IMG/VR virus record: IMGVR_UViG_3300030117_003369
Coordinates: 1 to 64,000 of that record
Origin: a virus
Length of the DNA: 64,000 nucleotides
Reading direction: 5' to 3' (one strand)
A model generated the notes under the pieces. It saw nothing but the letters and a program-made list of their open reading frames with translations. It was not told the DNA's origin and made no database searches. Made by a program: the position numbers and the translations under genes. Positions 32,316 to 41,848 of the stretch are shown piece by piece. Every line of letters starts with the position of its first letter. Positions within the stretch are counted from its first letter, which is position 1.

Positions 32316-32606
32316 ATGAATATGAGCGAAGTAGACATTGGTAAAGCATATCCGCAGTACATCGTATGGCGCAAACCTGCTACGAGCAAGCGTCACAAAG
32401 GTAAGAAGGAAACAGTGCTTACCAAAGTCTACCCACCGAGCGGTCCACAAGTGGACATCAGACTACGCAACAATGTAACAGGTGGCTTTACAAGGGAGGG
32501 CATTCGCCTTTCCTTGGAAGATGCAGTGTCCCTGAGCAAGGCACTGTCTAAACTTGTAGAGCATTTGCAAGAAGAGAGGGAGAGTGAAGAAGGTGTTACT
32601 GGCTGA
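32316..32606 (+). CDS. PC4-like ssDNA-binding protein
   Basis: VDIR...TREGIRLS resembles the PC4 VDIR...TKKGISL pattern. Confidence 0.55.
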   Translation: MNMSEVDIGKAYPQYIVWRKPATSKRHKGKKETVLTKVYPPSGPQVDIRLRNNVTGGFTREGIRLSLEDAVSLSKALSKLVEHLQEERESEEGVTG

Positions 32607-34059
32607 AGCAGCAATGCTGTCACGCAGGCTCAAAGAGTCCTATACAAGATGGAGGCGTGAAACCGAATCAAGATCGGAAGCCTTCAAAATATCAATCAAA
32701 GCATTGAAGCAGCGACTCAGTGAGAGAGTCGAAGTGATTGAAGATGTCATCGATATATTCTACCCCAAGTATTCTAAATACGAACAGCAGTTTGTGTCAG
32801 TGCTTTGGGTTAGAGATAATGTGTGTACAGAGTTGGGCATATCACCCATACACTGGAACACAGTTATGACAGGTAAACCAATCGTGCCATTCTTGGCAAC
32901 CGAGTCCTCTGAGATAGGAGGCGAAGGCTGGACAATCAAGCAGGCGCTGATGGCAATGCACCGCATCAAGGATGAGGGTGTGCTGTCTATGGCTCAGAAC
33001 ATGAATGAGGATGAAGCACTGCTGTTTTGGTCTAGGGCAATGGGTGAACAGGAACCTATGCCCATCGACAGATTCTTGCAGATGCTTTCGTATCTACCTG
33101 AGTCGAATGGCATAACCAATCTACAAAGCATTCGTCACCTACTGACGACCATGAGTCCTCAAGAGGTGGCAATCAAGATATTGCACAAGGAGTTGGTTAC
33201 ACCTAACAATGAACTGTTCCTTCAGCCGGGACAGCCATTCGTGGCACCTATCTTCCAAGCATGGACATCGATGGTAGCACCATCCGGTGTGTATGCAGAT
33301 GTGATGAAAGGCTCAAGGAGATACTTGCACATCACTGAGTTCCCAAAGGGTTCCTTCAGAGGAACAGTTTACTCTAGGGACAGACAAGTGGTGGGCAAGA
33401 TACACACATTCGGCTTGCCATTCCAAGTCGAGGCCATCCTTGAAGTAGAGATGTCCGGTGATAAAATCACCAAGATAACTGATGCCTACTCAATTGGAGA
33501 GGACTGGGGCGTTTACAAACTAAATAGGGCTGAGCGCCTTTCTCAGGCAAATAGTTTAGAACCATCTGTACCTGTTGGCGGTGGTAAATTGATAGAGAGC
33601 GGGTCGGACATTGGCTCTCTATTGAATCAACTAGACGGCAGAGAGCGGCTGCGCCTAGTTAAGTCCGGCCCAGTGGAGATGCGTGATAGCAACGGATGGG
33701 TTGTGATTCAGCAGGCGTTCCACATACACTTCTTAGTAAGTGCAATTCGTAAGGATGAGGAGTTCGATACAATCCTGCGCCTGTCTGTCTTAGATGGTTA
33801 TGAGACATTTGAGGTAGGCGAGAGCAAGGTTCCGACTGATGTAGCCCAACACATAAGAACGAGGCTGGGTCAACAGGGGGTACTTGCGGGGAAATCTTGG
33901 ATGCCTATAGACGAATATGGTTTGGTTGTAGTAGCCGAAGTAACCGGCTTCGATCTTGAGAAGATGAAAGCCACACACTTGAACATACTATATGCAGATG
34001 ATACACTGGGTTACAGTGATACATCGCAACTAACAGATTTGATAGAATTAGCGGAGTGA
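32584..34059 (+). CDS. Divergent ATP-dependent DNA ligase-like protein
   Basis: Helical N-domain, then PGQPF..P, G-S-R..LH, YSR and a C-terminal OB-like region. The KxDG motif is not intact. Confidence 0.55.
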   Translation: MKKVLLAEAAMLSRRLKESYTRWRRETESRSEAFKISIKALKQRLSERVEVIEDVIDIFYPKYSKYEQQFVSVLWVRDNVCTELGISPIHWNTVMTGKPIVPFLATESSEIGGEGWTIKQALMAMHRIKDEGVLSMAQNMNEDEALLFWSRAMGEQEPMPIDRFLQMLSYLPESNGITNLQSIRHLLTTMSPQEVAIKILHKELVTPNNELFLQPGQPFVAPIFQAWTSMVAPSGVYADVMKGSRRYLHITEFPKGSFRGTVYSRDRQVVGKIHTFGLPFQVEAILEVEMSGDKITKITDAYSIGEDWGVYKLNRAERLSQANSLEPSVPVGGGKLIESGSDIGSLLNQLDGRERLRLVKSGPVEMRDSNGWVVIQQAFHIHFLVSAIRKDEEFDTILRLSVLDGYETFEVGESKVPTDVAQHIRTRLGQQGVLAGKSWMPIDEYGLVVVAEVTGFDLEKMKATHLNILYADDTLGYSDTSQLTDLIELAE

Positions 34060-34231
34060 GAGAAATGAAAGAAATGAAATGTTGTGACAAAATAGATGAT
34101 GATTGGATAAACGGTGATATGTGGCATGATAACCACACTACATTTGGGTTTAGTGGTAGGATGCTTTTAGTGACTTACCAATGCCCTCACTGTGGCAAAA
34201 GAAGTGAGAGAGATTTCTTAGAGGTGGAAGC

Positions 34232-34738
34232 ATGAACATATTCGTATTAGATGAAAGTCCAACAATAGCAGCACAAATGATGGACTGTGTAAGAGTGCCG
34301 AAGATGGTGACAGAATCAGCACAGATGATGGCATCAGCCCTGCGTAGGCATGGTGCCACTGATGAGCAGATGCCACTTACTAAGTCAGGGACTCCTTACA
34401 AGGGAGGCTACAAGCATCACCCATGCACAGTATGGGCTGGTGACAGTCGAGATAACTTTCAATGGCTTGCTCAACATGCTTGCATATTGTTCTTAGAATA
34501 TGAAAGAAGGTTTGGTAAAGAACATGCTTGTGAACTGCCGATTAAGACCATGTGTACAATGTGGGATATGATACCCGAAGGTGGTTTGACTCCATTTGCA
34601 CAGGCTATGCCTGACGAATACAAAGACAATGATGCGGTCAAAGCATACAGGGCTTACTACAAATCAAAGGTAGACAGTCCGGGTGGTGTGCATTACAGAC
34701 ACACAAGCCCGCCTGATTGGTGGGAGGTGACGGCGTGA
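34232..34738 (+). CDS. Pyrimidine-dimer DNA glycosylase / endonuclease V-like family protein
   Basis: MNIFVLD, KMVTESAQM, HHPCTVWA, PFAQAMP and AYRAYY motifs. Confidence 0.75.
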   Translation: MNIFVLDESPTIAAQMMDCVRVPKMVTESAQMMASALRRHGATDEQMPLTKSGTPYKGGYKHHPCTVWAGDSRDNFQWLAQHACILFLEYERRFGKEHACELPIKTMCTMWDMIPEGGLTPFAQAMPDEYKDNDAVKAYRAYYKSKVDSPGGVHYRHTSPPDWWEVTA

Positions 34739-34845
34739 ATTGGGCTATACACAGGGCGTATTACATTGACCTACTCAAGAAGGGTTGGCCTCTCAAGAAG
34801 GCTTACGATGAAGCAATTAGATTGAGCGTGGAGGTGACGGCGTGA
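34735..34845 (+). CDS. Tiny hypothetical protein (36 aa)
   Basis: Read by hand: GTG start, coupled on both sides, flanked by a 16 bp direct repeat. Confidence 0.55.
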   Translation: MNWAIHRAYYIDLLKKGWPLKKAYDEAIRLSVEVTA

Positions 34846-35786
34846 TAGTATGGAGAGAGAAATACAGACCAAACAAAATAGACGACCTAGCAGGTTGTAA
34901 AGATTTCAAGGAGGCAGCAAAGGCTTGGTTAGCCAAAGGTAGCCTACCAGCAAACATGCTGTATGTAGGGCCACCCGGTGTAGGCAAGACCAGCGCAGCC
35001 TATGCACTAGCCAAGGAGTTGTATGGTGATTACTTCGATAGATCTAACTTCATTGTAACCAATGCAAGTGATGAGCGTGGTATCGATTTCGTCAGAGAAC
35101 TGAAGCACATGGCTAAGCAGAAAGGAATAGGAGTCAGGAGGCGCATATTCGTACTGGATGAAGCAGACTCTCTGACACCTGCGGCACAGAAGGCACTGAG
35201 GCAAGTGATGGAGGACAGTCACAAAACTGCGATATTCATATTGACAGCCAATGACATCTCTCCGATTCACAAAGCAATTAGAGATAGATGCCTCACATTC
35301 AGATTCAAACCTCTCAGCGATGAAGAGGCAAAAAGCAAACTAACTCAGATTCACTTAGTAGAAAACCTGCCGGAACCATGGCTAGAACAGTATACTATGT
35401 TGAACCGTTTAACCAACGGAAGTTTGAGGCAAAGTATCGATATTTTGGAGGGTACGCCCAAGACAGATGACGGTCTTTTGCAGAAACTCAAACGCAACAC
35501 TGAGAGCCTAAACAAGGCAGCACTCAGTTTTGTCGGTGGTGACTACCAGCGACTAGCAGAACACATGAAAACCAACCTCAGAGAGGGAAACAGTCGTGTC
35601 GCAACCCTAATAGGTCTGAGGCATCGAGGGCGAACTCTACTGGAGGGCGGTCAGGACGATTGGTACGCATTTATGCTAACATATGGAGAGTTTATCCTAT
35701 TAGCAAACATGTGGCCGGACGATGACGATTCCTTTGTAGACTACTTTGTAGCAAAATTGAGGAAAAACAAGGAGGAAAAAATATGA
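34842..35786 (+). CDS. rfcS: Replication factor C small subunit (clamp loader)
   Basis: WREKYRP, GPPGVGKT, NASDERGID, LDEAD, AQKALR, IRDRC. Confidence 0.93.
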   Translation: MIVWREKYRPNKIDDLAGCKDFKEAAKAWLAKGSLPANMLYVGPPGVGKTSAAYALAKELYGDYFDRSNFIVTNASDERGIDFVRELKHMAKQKGIGVRRRIFVLDEADSLTPAAQKALRQVMEDSHKTAIFILTANDISPIHKAIRDRCLTFRFKPLSDEEAKSKLTQIHLVENLPEPWLEQYTMLNRLTNGSLRQSIDILEGTPKTDDGLLQKLKRNTESLNKAALSFVGGDYQRLAEHMKTNLREGNSRVATLIGLRHRGRTLLEGGQDDWYAFMLTYGEFILLANMWPDDDDSFVDYFVAKLRKNKEEKI

Positions 35787-37063
35787 ACGAAGAAAGAAAA
35801 TTACCGGAAGGCGTACTAGAGCGCTTACAAGGTTATGCAGAGAGAACAGAGAAGAGAATAGGGGAGGCAGTAAACGAGTACCTTGCTTGGATCGAGCAAG
35901 AGTTTGCTGTATCTGATTGGAAAGACGAAGATGATGATTTGCTGGTCGAGTGGGCAGAGATGTTTACTCTTGAAACCCGCAATCTAGGTAGCAGCGGCAG
36001 TAGTCGTGAAACAGTAACCTTCGTTGGGGAGTATGTAGGAATAGATGACAAAATCAATGACTACAGAGAAAACCTAAGAAATGCAGCAATCACTGCGTAT
36101 AGAAACAATTCTAACCAAGCCATAGACAACGGCCTGATTGGTATTGTAAAGGCGAAAGACGGCGTATGGCATGTCAACGGCGAGCCAACCAAGGAGCGCA
36201 TCGATGGCGACAAACTACCTTGGTTTGGACTACAGGTTGATGGCGACTTGATTTGTCTGATGAATGAAAAGGGTACACCTATTGCACCTGAAAGCAGAGT
36301 GCGCAACCTATACTTGTTAGGTAACGCTAAAGAGGATTTCAACCGAGCAATCAGTGTTTGGCGTATCTCACTAACAGGTAACAATATGACTGAGGAATAC
36401 GAGTTCGGCAGACCAGTTACTTGTCAAGTAATTAGGGCTAAGAAAGAAGGCTCGGACACACTTTACACAAACAGGGACTTCAGTAAGACTATGGTTTACA
36501 CTGATTCCTTCGTGGATGAAGATGACAGGGTGCTACTCAAGCCTGAGAAGTACTTGGTTAGCAAGGGGATGCATGATGCCTTTGTTGAACTTGATGAACT
36601 AAGCGAAGCATACGATGAGCGCAAGGAGCAGGGCAGCAACGGTAACTACTACGGTCCAACTATCATCACTAAGGGATATGTCAGCAGACTAAACAAGGAA
36701 CCATCTGACAATGCTTACGACCAAACAGGTCGTGCATTCAGACTCAGCGTAACCAGCCCTAACTTGCAGCGCAAGTATGGCAGGGATTCAGCAATGTCTG
36801 AAGTAACTGTATGGGTACCGGGTCGAGTCTATGATGACAGCCACCCGTTTGAGTTCAAGGACAACTACGGCGAATGGCAACCATACGCAGAAAAGACACC
36901 TGTGATTATCTTTGGTAGAGTGCGCATGAGTGTGTACAACGACCAAACAACACCAAGCCTGACGGCATTCGGCATCTATGTACCATCTCGTACAGCGAGG
37001 CCGGGTGCCAAGGGTGGTGACACCAGCATAGAGCAATTTAGAAACAATGGAGAGGAATACTGA
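35783..37063 (+). CDS. Replication-module protein, possibly OB-fold ssDNA-binding (RPA-like)
   Basis: 426 aa, beta-rich and acidic, between RFC and an ATPase. Function inferred from context only. Confidence 0.45.
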   Translation: MNEERKLPEGVLERLQGYAERTEKRIGEAVNEYLAWIEQEFAVSDWKDEDDDLLVEWAEMFTLETRNLGSSGSSRETVTFVGEYVGIDDKINDYRENLRNAAITAYRNNSNQAIDNGLIGIVKAKDGVWHVNGEPTKERIDGDKLPWFGLQVDGDLICLMNEKGTPIAPESRVRNLYLLGNAKEDFNRAISVWRISLTGNNMTEEYEFGRPVTCQVIRAKKEGSDTLYTNRDFSKTMVYTDSFVDEDDRVLLKPEKYLVSKGMHDAFVELDELSEAYDERKEQGSNGNYYGPTIITKGYVSRLNKEPSDNAYDQTGRAFRLSVTSPNLQRKYGRDSAMSEVTVWVPGRVYDDSHPFEFKDNYGEWQPYAEKTPVIIFGRVRMSVYNDQTTPSLTAFGIYVPSRTARPGAKGGDTSIEQFRNNGEEY

Positions 37064-38070
37064 TGGCAGGATTTGGAGCAATGAAGAAGAAAGAAGAAGA
37101 GAGAGCAGAAGCGATCTTCCAAGCGGAAGCAGCAGAAGTAGACAAGCAAGAAAAGGAGCAATTTCCTATAATTGCATCTAACAGTAACTTCCCCGAATTG
37201 GAGGCAGAGTTTGTACAGCAGACTAACCCTAACAGGATGAGGCCTAGTAAGATATTCTGTGGTATAGTTGGACATGAAGGCACTGGTAAGTCCGGTATCG
37301 TGATTGACGGGCACATGCACAGATACCCTGAAGGTATGCTTTGGGCATTAGACTTCGATAACGGGGCTATGGCTTGTAAAGAAGCACACTACCCCGGAGA
37401 AGATGACCGTATCAGAATATGGTCGCCTTGGGCCATGCAAAAAGAAGATAGCACTGCTTATGACTACCCAGCAACGCACAGTCGTATGATGGAATTATTG
37501 CGATTCGCTGTAGAATATGCAGAGAAGCAGACTAAGCCTGAGTTTGGGGGTAGAAAACTTAACACTGTTTTGATTACATCTGTAGACCAATGGGATTCAG
37601 TATGTATGAACAACATGAAGATATACGATCTAGAAGATAACAATGTAAAGGATGCAATCGGTGCTGCTAAGGTTGAAGTCAATCAAGGCATCGGTTGGAA
37701 CTGGAGTATTAGGTCCACTAGATTCAAACAAATGACAGCATTGTGTCAGAAACTAAACGCTCTCGGTGTCGATGTATACTGGGAAACCCACCTCAAAGAG
37801 GACAAGGATGGTAAGGTCGGATTTGACGGCTGGAAGTTCGCATGGGAAAAGAGCGCAAACAATGACCTGTTCCAAATCATTTGGTGTCACGCTAACAAAG
37901 TGCGTGGTGACGATGGCAAGGAAACAGGCGAAATCAGACACACAGCAGAGTTCTTCAAAGAAAAGACCAACTCTGACCTAAAGGGTCAGGAGAGGCTTTA
38001 CTTCGTCACTAAGAAAGGCGAGCCTGCGCAATGGCACGGGCTTGCTGAACTGCGTGAAGGAGTTCTTTGA
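37063..38070 (+). CDS. RecA-superfamily / AAA_24-type ATPase (Sak4/RadB-like)
   Basis: Walker A GHEGTGKS, LDFDNG, VYWETH. Confidence 0.65.
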   Translation: MAGFGAMKKKEEERAEAIFQAEAAEVDKQEKEQFPIIASNSNFPELEAEFVQQTNPNRMRPSKIFCGIVGHEGTGKSGIVIDGHMHRYPEGMLWALDFDNGAMACKEAHYPGEDDRIRIWSPWAMQKEDSTAYDYPATHSRMMELLRFAVEYAEKQTKPEFGGRKLNTVLITSVDQWDSVCMNNMKIYDLEDNNVKDAIGAAKVEVNQGIGWNWSIRSTRFKQMTALCQKLNALGVDVYWETHLKEDKDGKVGFDGWKFAWEKSANNDLFQIIWCHANKVRGDDGKETGEIRHTAEFFKEKTNSDLKGQERLYFVTKKGEPAQWHGLAELREGVL

Positions 38071-38181
38071 TACAACACACATGGGGTTCTTGGCAGGTAA
38101 TTGGGTATATCCTAAACCAAAGGCATGTGCTGGCTCACCACGAGATGAGTCGTACCCTCCCCCACCTGTGTAGGTGATATT

Positions 38182-38940
38182 ATGGTAAGTTTCAAAGTAA
38201 ACAACAAAGATCTAACACAGTTCATAACTGGCTTCGGCAAGGAGTTGCCGGACATAGTGTTCAGAGTGAAAGGTGATTATGTCGAGTCAGCAGTGGGCAA
38301 AGACACTCACTATCTCAGGCGTAGAATGAATGTCAGAGAGGCAGAGGCTGGAGATATTGCAGTTAGTGATGTTTCTAGGCTTCTTGCATTTCTGAAGGCT
38401 ACCAAAACTGGTGAAGTATCTATCAATCAGATGGGCAAAACATCAGTGTTACATGTAGCCTGCGGTAAATCTACACTACAATTGCCGACATCATCATATC
38501 TAACTACTCAGAAGCAATTGCCTCTAATCGAGAGATTAGTGATTGAAGGTGAAAAGAACATGTGGCAGAAGTGGGCATCGTTTAGTTTAGACTGTCACGG
38601 TATAGTGAACGGTGAGGACTTTGCACCAGCAGCGCAATTCGATAAGGTGATTGGAGGCAAGTTCTCCTGTAAAGCATCATTCGATCCATCAGGGGAGTTT
38701 GTTGTCAGTGCAGGGTCGAAGCCTAAAGGCAAGATGTTTGTGCGTGTACCTATCACTAATTGCGAATCAAGAAACGATACAGTGAACTCAGCCTTTGCCT
38801 ATTGGCTACCGTCACTCCTGTCTAACTTACCACCGGGGCCGCTCAATCTCCACACTGGGGATGAAACAGTGCTTGTGATAGAGCAGGGTGACACTGGTTT
38901 CCTGTTAGTTGTAATGGACCAAGAATACGAGGAGGACTGA
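38182..38940 (+). CDS. PCNA-like sliding clamp
   Basis: 252 aa with a two-domain clamp-like pattern, located between the clamp loader and PolB. Confidence 0.6.
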   Translation: MVSFKVNNKDLTQFITGFGKELPDIVFRVKGDYVESAVGKDTHYLRRRMNVREAEAGDIAVSDVSRLLAFLKATKTGEVSINQMGKTSVLHVACGKSTLQLPTSSYLTTQKQLPLIERLVIEGEKNMWQKWASFSLDCHGIVNGEDFAPAAQFDKVIGGKFSCKASFDPSGEFVVSAGSKPKGKMFVRVPITNCESRNDTVNSAFAYWLPSLLSNLPPGPLNLHTGDETVLVIEQGDTGFLLVVMDQEYEED

Positions 38941-39134
38941 TGATGTCACATTACATTAGGGATTCTTATGGTAATATTTGGCCTGTAAATCAGAACTTGT
39001 TAGTAAATCTAAATCAGTGTGACTGTGGTAAAGACATACCTCATCACAAAGGTAAGCCACTTTGTCCACATTGCAAGAGTTATCAAGGTGAAGGTGGGTG
39101 TAATGATTGCGAGTGCTTGGAGGGGGAAAAGTGA
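38940..39134 (+). CDS. Small Cys-rich protein
   Basis: CDC, CPHC, CNDC. Confidence 0.6.
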   Translation: MMSHYIRDSYGNIWPVNQNLLVNLNQCDCGKDIPHHKGKPLCPHCKSYQGEGGCNDCECLEGEK

Positions 39135-41491
39135 TTATCAATTCATACCACCCTGACCCCGAAGAGCATGCACACATATACAAGCGGTGGCGTGACTCTG
39201 AGGGCAACCTCATAGAGGAACACATTGACAACTTCAGACCTTACTTTTGGATTAAAGCCGACACTAGTGACCGTATTGTAAATAGGGTCTTGGGTCGCTA
39301 CTATGGTAGTAGCATAGACCGGAATGACACTGCTACAGCACTAAGGACAGAAGAGGACTTAGTGAAGGTGTATGCTTACAGGCAATCTGATTTAAGGAAC
39401 ATGCAGAAGGAGTTCGGCAAAACATGGGAGGCTGACCTAAGCCTAACAGACAGATACCTCATAGACAAGATACAAGAGATGCCGGAATGGAAGCCTCGTG
39501 TTTGGCACTTTGACTTGGAATGGGATCCCGATGAAGATTTCACCACTGTGATGTCTGTAGCGGACAATTACAACAATCGGAATGTTACATTTTGCTGGAG
39601 CGAAGAAACAGCCGAGATAGAAGAAAAGGGCTTCGTTAGAAAAGAAGTACGCCATGTAAAGTACGAAGATGTCGAGTTTAGTTACGAGCGTTTATTTTAC
39701 ACTGATGAGAAATCTATGCACAGTGCCTTTTTGGATTACTTAGAGGAATGTAACCCTGACATACTCGTAGCCCACGCTATCATGTGGGCAGATTTACCAC
39801 ACCTAGTTCGTAGACTAGATGAGTTTAGGCGACTCAGCCCACTTGGGCGTGTATTACGCCCACCTAAGAATGAGCGTGGCTACAAGTACACAGACCAGCC
39901 AATCATAGGTAGACTGTGCTTTGATACAGCAGCACCCTATGACAGTGGTACGGGCTTTGAGCGTGTATGGAAGGATAGCGGCAAACCGCAGTTAGCCAGT
40001 CGAAAACTAGATCACATTACAGGCCCCGATGTATTGAATTACGGCGGCAAGTTTGACATGGATGTATTTACAGGATGGAGAGAAAGGTTTGATGACTACT
40101 GCGACTACTGTATGCAAGATACTTTACTACTCAAAAGAATGGATGAAGAAAACCATGTTCTAAACTTCTTCCTATCATTACAACGCATATGTGGTGTGAC
40201 ATTCACTTCATGCCACAATGTAACTAGATTCGCTCGTGGCCTGCTCAGCAGACGCACACACTGGAAGGCACCAACTAGACCTGATACAGAAAAGCAGGAG
40301 TACGAAGGTGCATACATTCCTCCGCCCAAACCGGGCAGATACGAAGGCGTGGCTTGTGTAGACTACAAAGGGTTGTACCCTTCATTGATTTTGAGTCATA
40401 ACCTTTCGTGGGAAACTCAAGTAGAGAGAAGCAGGGCTGGAGAAGAGGGGATTCACAAACTACCTGACGGTTCTTGTTGGGACCAATCCAAGAAGGGCTT
40501 ACTTCCTCAGATTGTAGAAGAAATGTTTGAACTGCGTGACGAATATAAGCGCAGAATGAAAGAGGCAGAAACCCCGACTGAAAGAGCGGGTTGGAATACA
40601 ATGCAACTTGCCACCAAGCGAGTGATGGCGTCACAGTACGGTATGGTCGCCAGTGCTCACTGGGGCTGGTGTGACTTCGACATAGCCAACGCTATCACAG
40701 CCTGTGGTAGAGAGGCAATCAAGTTCCTAATGGAGGAATCAGAGGCTCAGGGCTACGAGGCCCTGTACGGTCACACTGATTCGGCATTCGTGAGTGTACC
40801 ATTCGATGAAGCACCGGCACTAGCCAAGCATCTGACAGACAAGGTACAAGTCGATCTCAATGCAAGTCACCTATTCGTGGAGTTTGAGGCATATATGCCA
40901 TACTGGTTAGTAGCGGGGAAAAATCTTTACTACGGTATATGCTCTTGGCCCCCTGAAGATGAGGGCAAGGCTAAATCTGCCCGATTCGGTAAGATTTCTA
41001 CTCTTGCACCTATCTCTCGCAACTTAGAGAGAGATGTGCTAAACTTGGTGTGCCAAGGTGCATCAGAAGCAGATGTGATAGACCATGTTAGACCAATCGC
41101 ACTCAAGATACAGAAAGAAAAGGTCGAGTTGAAAGATGTCACTGGAGTTACTAGGATATCTAAACGGTTGAAAGATTATTCGCCAACTGTGGGTGTACCC
41201 GGAGTAAAGGCTGCACGATATTACAACAAACATATGGCGGGGCGATTCAACCAGCCCAAGTTTGATGAAGGTGACAGTGTTCCGTGGATATATGTTGCCG
41301 CTTCTCCTAACTGGGCCGCACCTACAGATATTGTCTGTTACAAGGACATATCTGAACTAGATGGGTTTACACCCGATTGGGAGAAAATGGTTGACCGACT
41401 GGTTAAGCGCAAAGTTAAGCCTATCTTCCAAGCCCTTGATTGGGATTTGGAGGCGGCTTCGGGTGCAGCACGACCAAAGAGGTACTGGTGA
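39131..41491 (+). CDS. polB: Family B DNA polymerase with 3'-5' exonuclease domain
   Basis: FDLEW (ExoI), YCMQD (ExoIII), DYKGLYPS, Q.ATKRVMASQYG, YGHTDS. GTG 39131 preferred. Confidence 0.95.
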   Translation: MIINSYHPDPEEHAHIYKRWRDSEGNLIEEHIDNFRPYFWIKADTSDRIVNRVLGRYYGSSIDRNDTATALRTEEDLVKVYAYRQSDLRNMQKEFGKTWEADLSLTDRYLIDKIQEMPEWKPRVWHFDLEWDPDEDFTTVMSVADNYNNRNVTFCWSEETAEIEEKGFVRKEVRHVKYEDVEFSYERLFYTDEKSMHSAFLDYLEECNPDILVAHAIMWADLPHLVRRLDEFRRLSPLGRVLRPPKNERGYKYTDQPIIGRLCFDTAAPYDSGTGFERVWKDSGKPQLASRKLDHITGPDVLNYGGKFDMDVFTGWRERFDDYCDYCMQDTLLLKRMDEENHVLNFFLSLQRICGVTFTSCHNVTRFARGLLSRRTHWKAPTRPDTEKQEYEGAYIPPPKPGRYEGVACVDYKGLYPSLILSHNLSWETQVERSRAGEEGIHKLPDGSCWDQSKKGLLPQIVEEMFELRDEYKRRMKEAETPTERAGWNTMQLATKRVMASQYGMVASAHWGWCDFDIANAITACGREAIKFLMEESEAQGYEALYGHTDSAFVSVPFDEAPALAKHLTDKVQVDLNASHLFVEFEAYMPYWLVAGKNLYYGICSWPPEDEGKAKSARFGKISTLAPISRNLERDVLNLVCQGASEADVIDHVRPIALKIQKEKVELKDVTGVTRISKRLKDYSPTVGVPGVKAARYYNKHMAGRFNQPKFDEGDSVPWIYVAASPNWAAPTDIVCYKDISELDGFTPDWEKMVDRLVKRKVKPIFQALDWDLEAASGAARPKRYW

Positions 41492-41644
41492 TAATATGAA
41501 TAAACCGAAATCTGAAAGAATATGTAATTGTGGTCGCACAGTTAAGGCTAGTCAATTTTCCGCTATGGCGGGCGGCTATCAAGCGTGGGGCTTTTGTAGT
41601 ACCTGTGGGACTTCTCACGCTTTCAATGAATGGAGGGATAGGAG

Positions 41645-41848
41645 ATGAGTTTGTTTGGGCAAAAGCCGTTTATTCAAGCAGATATGGATTATCCTAAGTG
41701 TTGTATTGGGTGTGGATTACACCGACCATTGTTTACTATTTACGGGCAATGGACTTGGGACCTTTGTTATGATTGTAAAACTGAAATGCGCAATATAGGC
41801 ATAGAGGAATGGTATAGAAAAAACATATCGAAGGAGGAGAGCGAATGA
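41645..41848 (+). CDS. Small Zn-finger protein
   Basis: CIGC...CYDC. Confidence 0.6.
   Translation: MSLFGQKPFIQADMDYPKCCIGCGLHRPLFTIYGQWTWDLCYDCKTEMRNIGIEEWYRKNISKEESE

Noticed and set aside
9290-32320. Many early proteins end in EEE or EMIE, suggesting a C-terminal signal
   Set aside because: Explained by the next gene's GAGGAGG RBS overlapping the stop codon (GAGGAGGAATGA)
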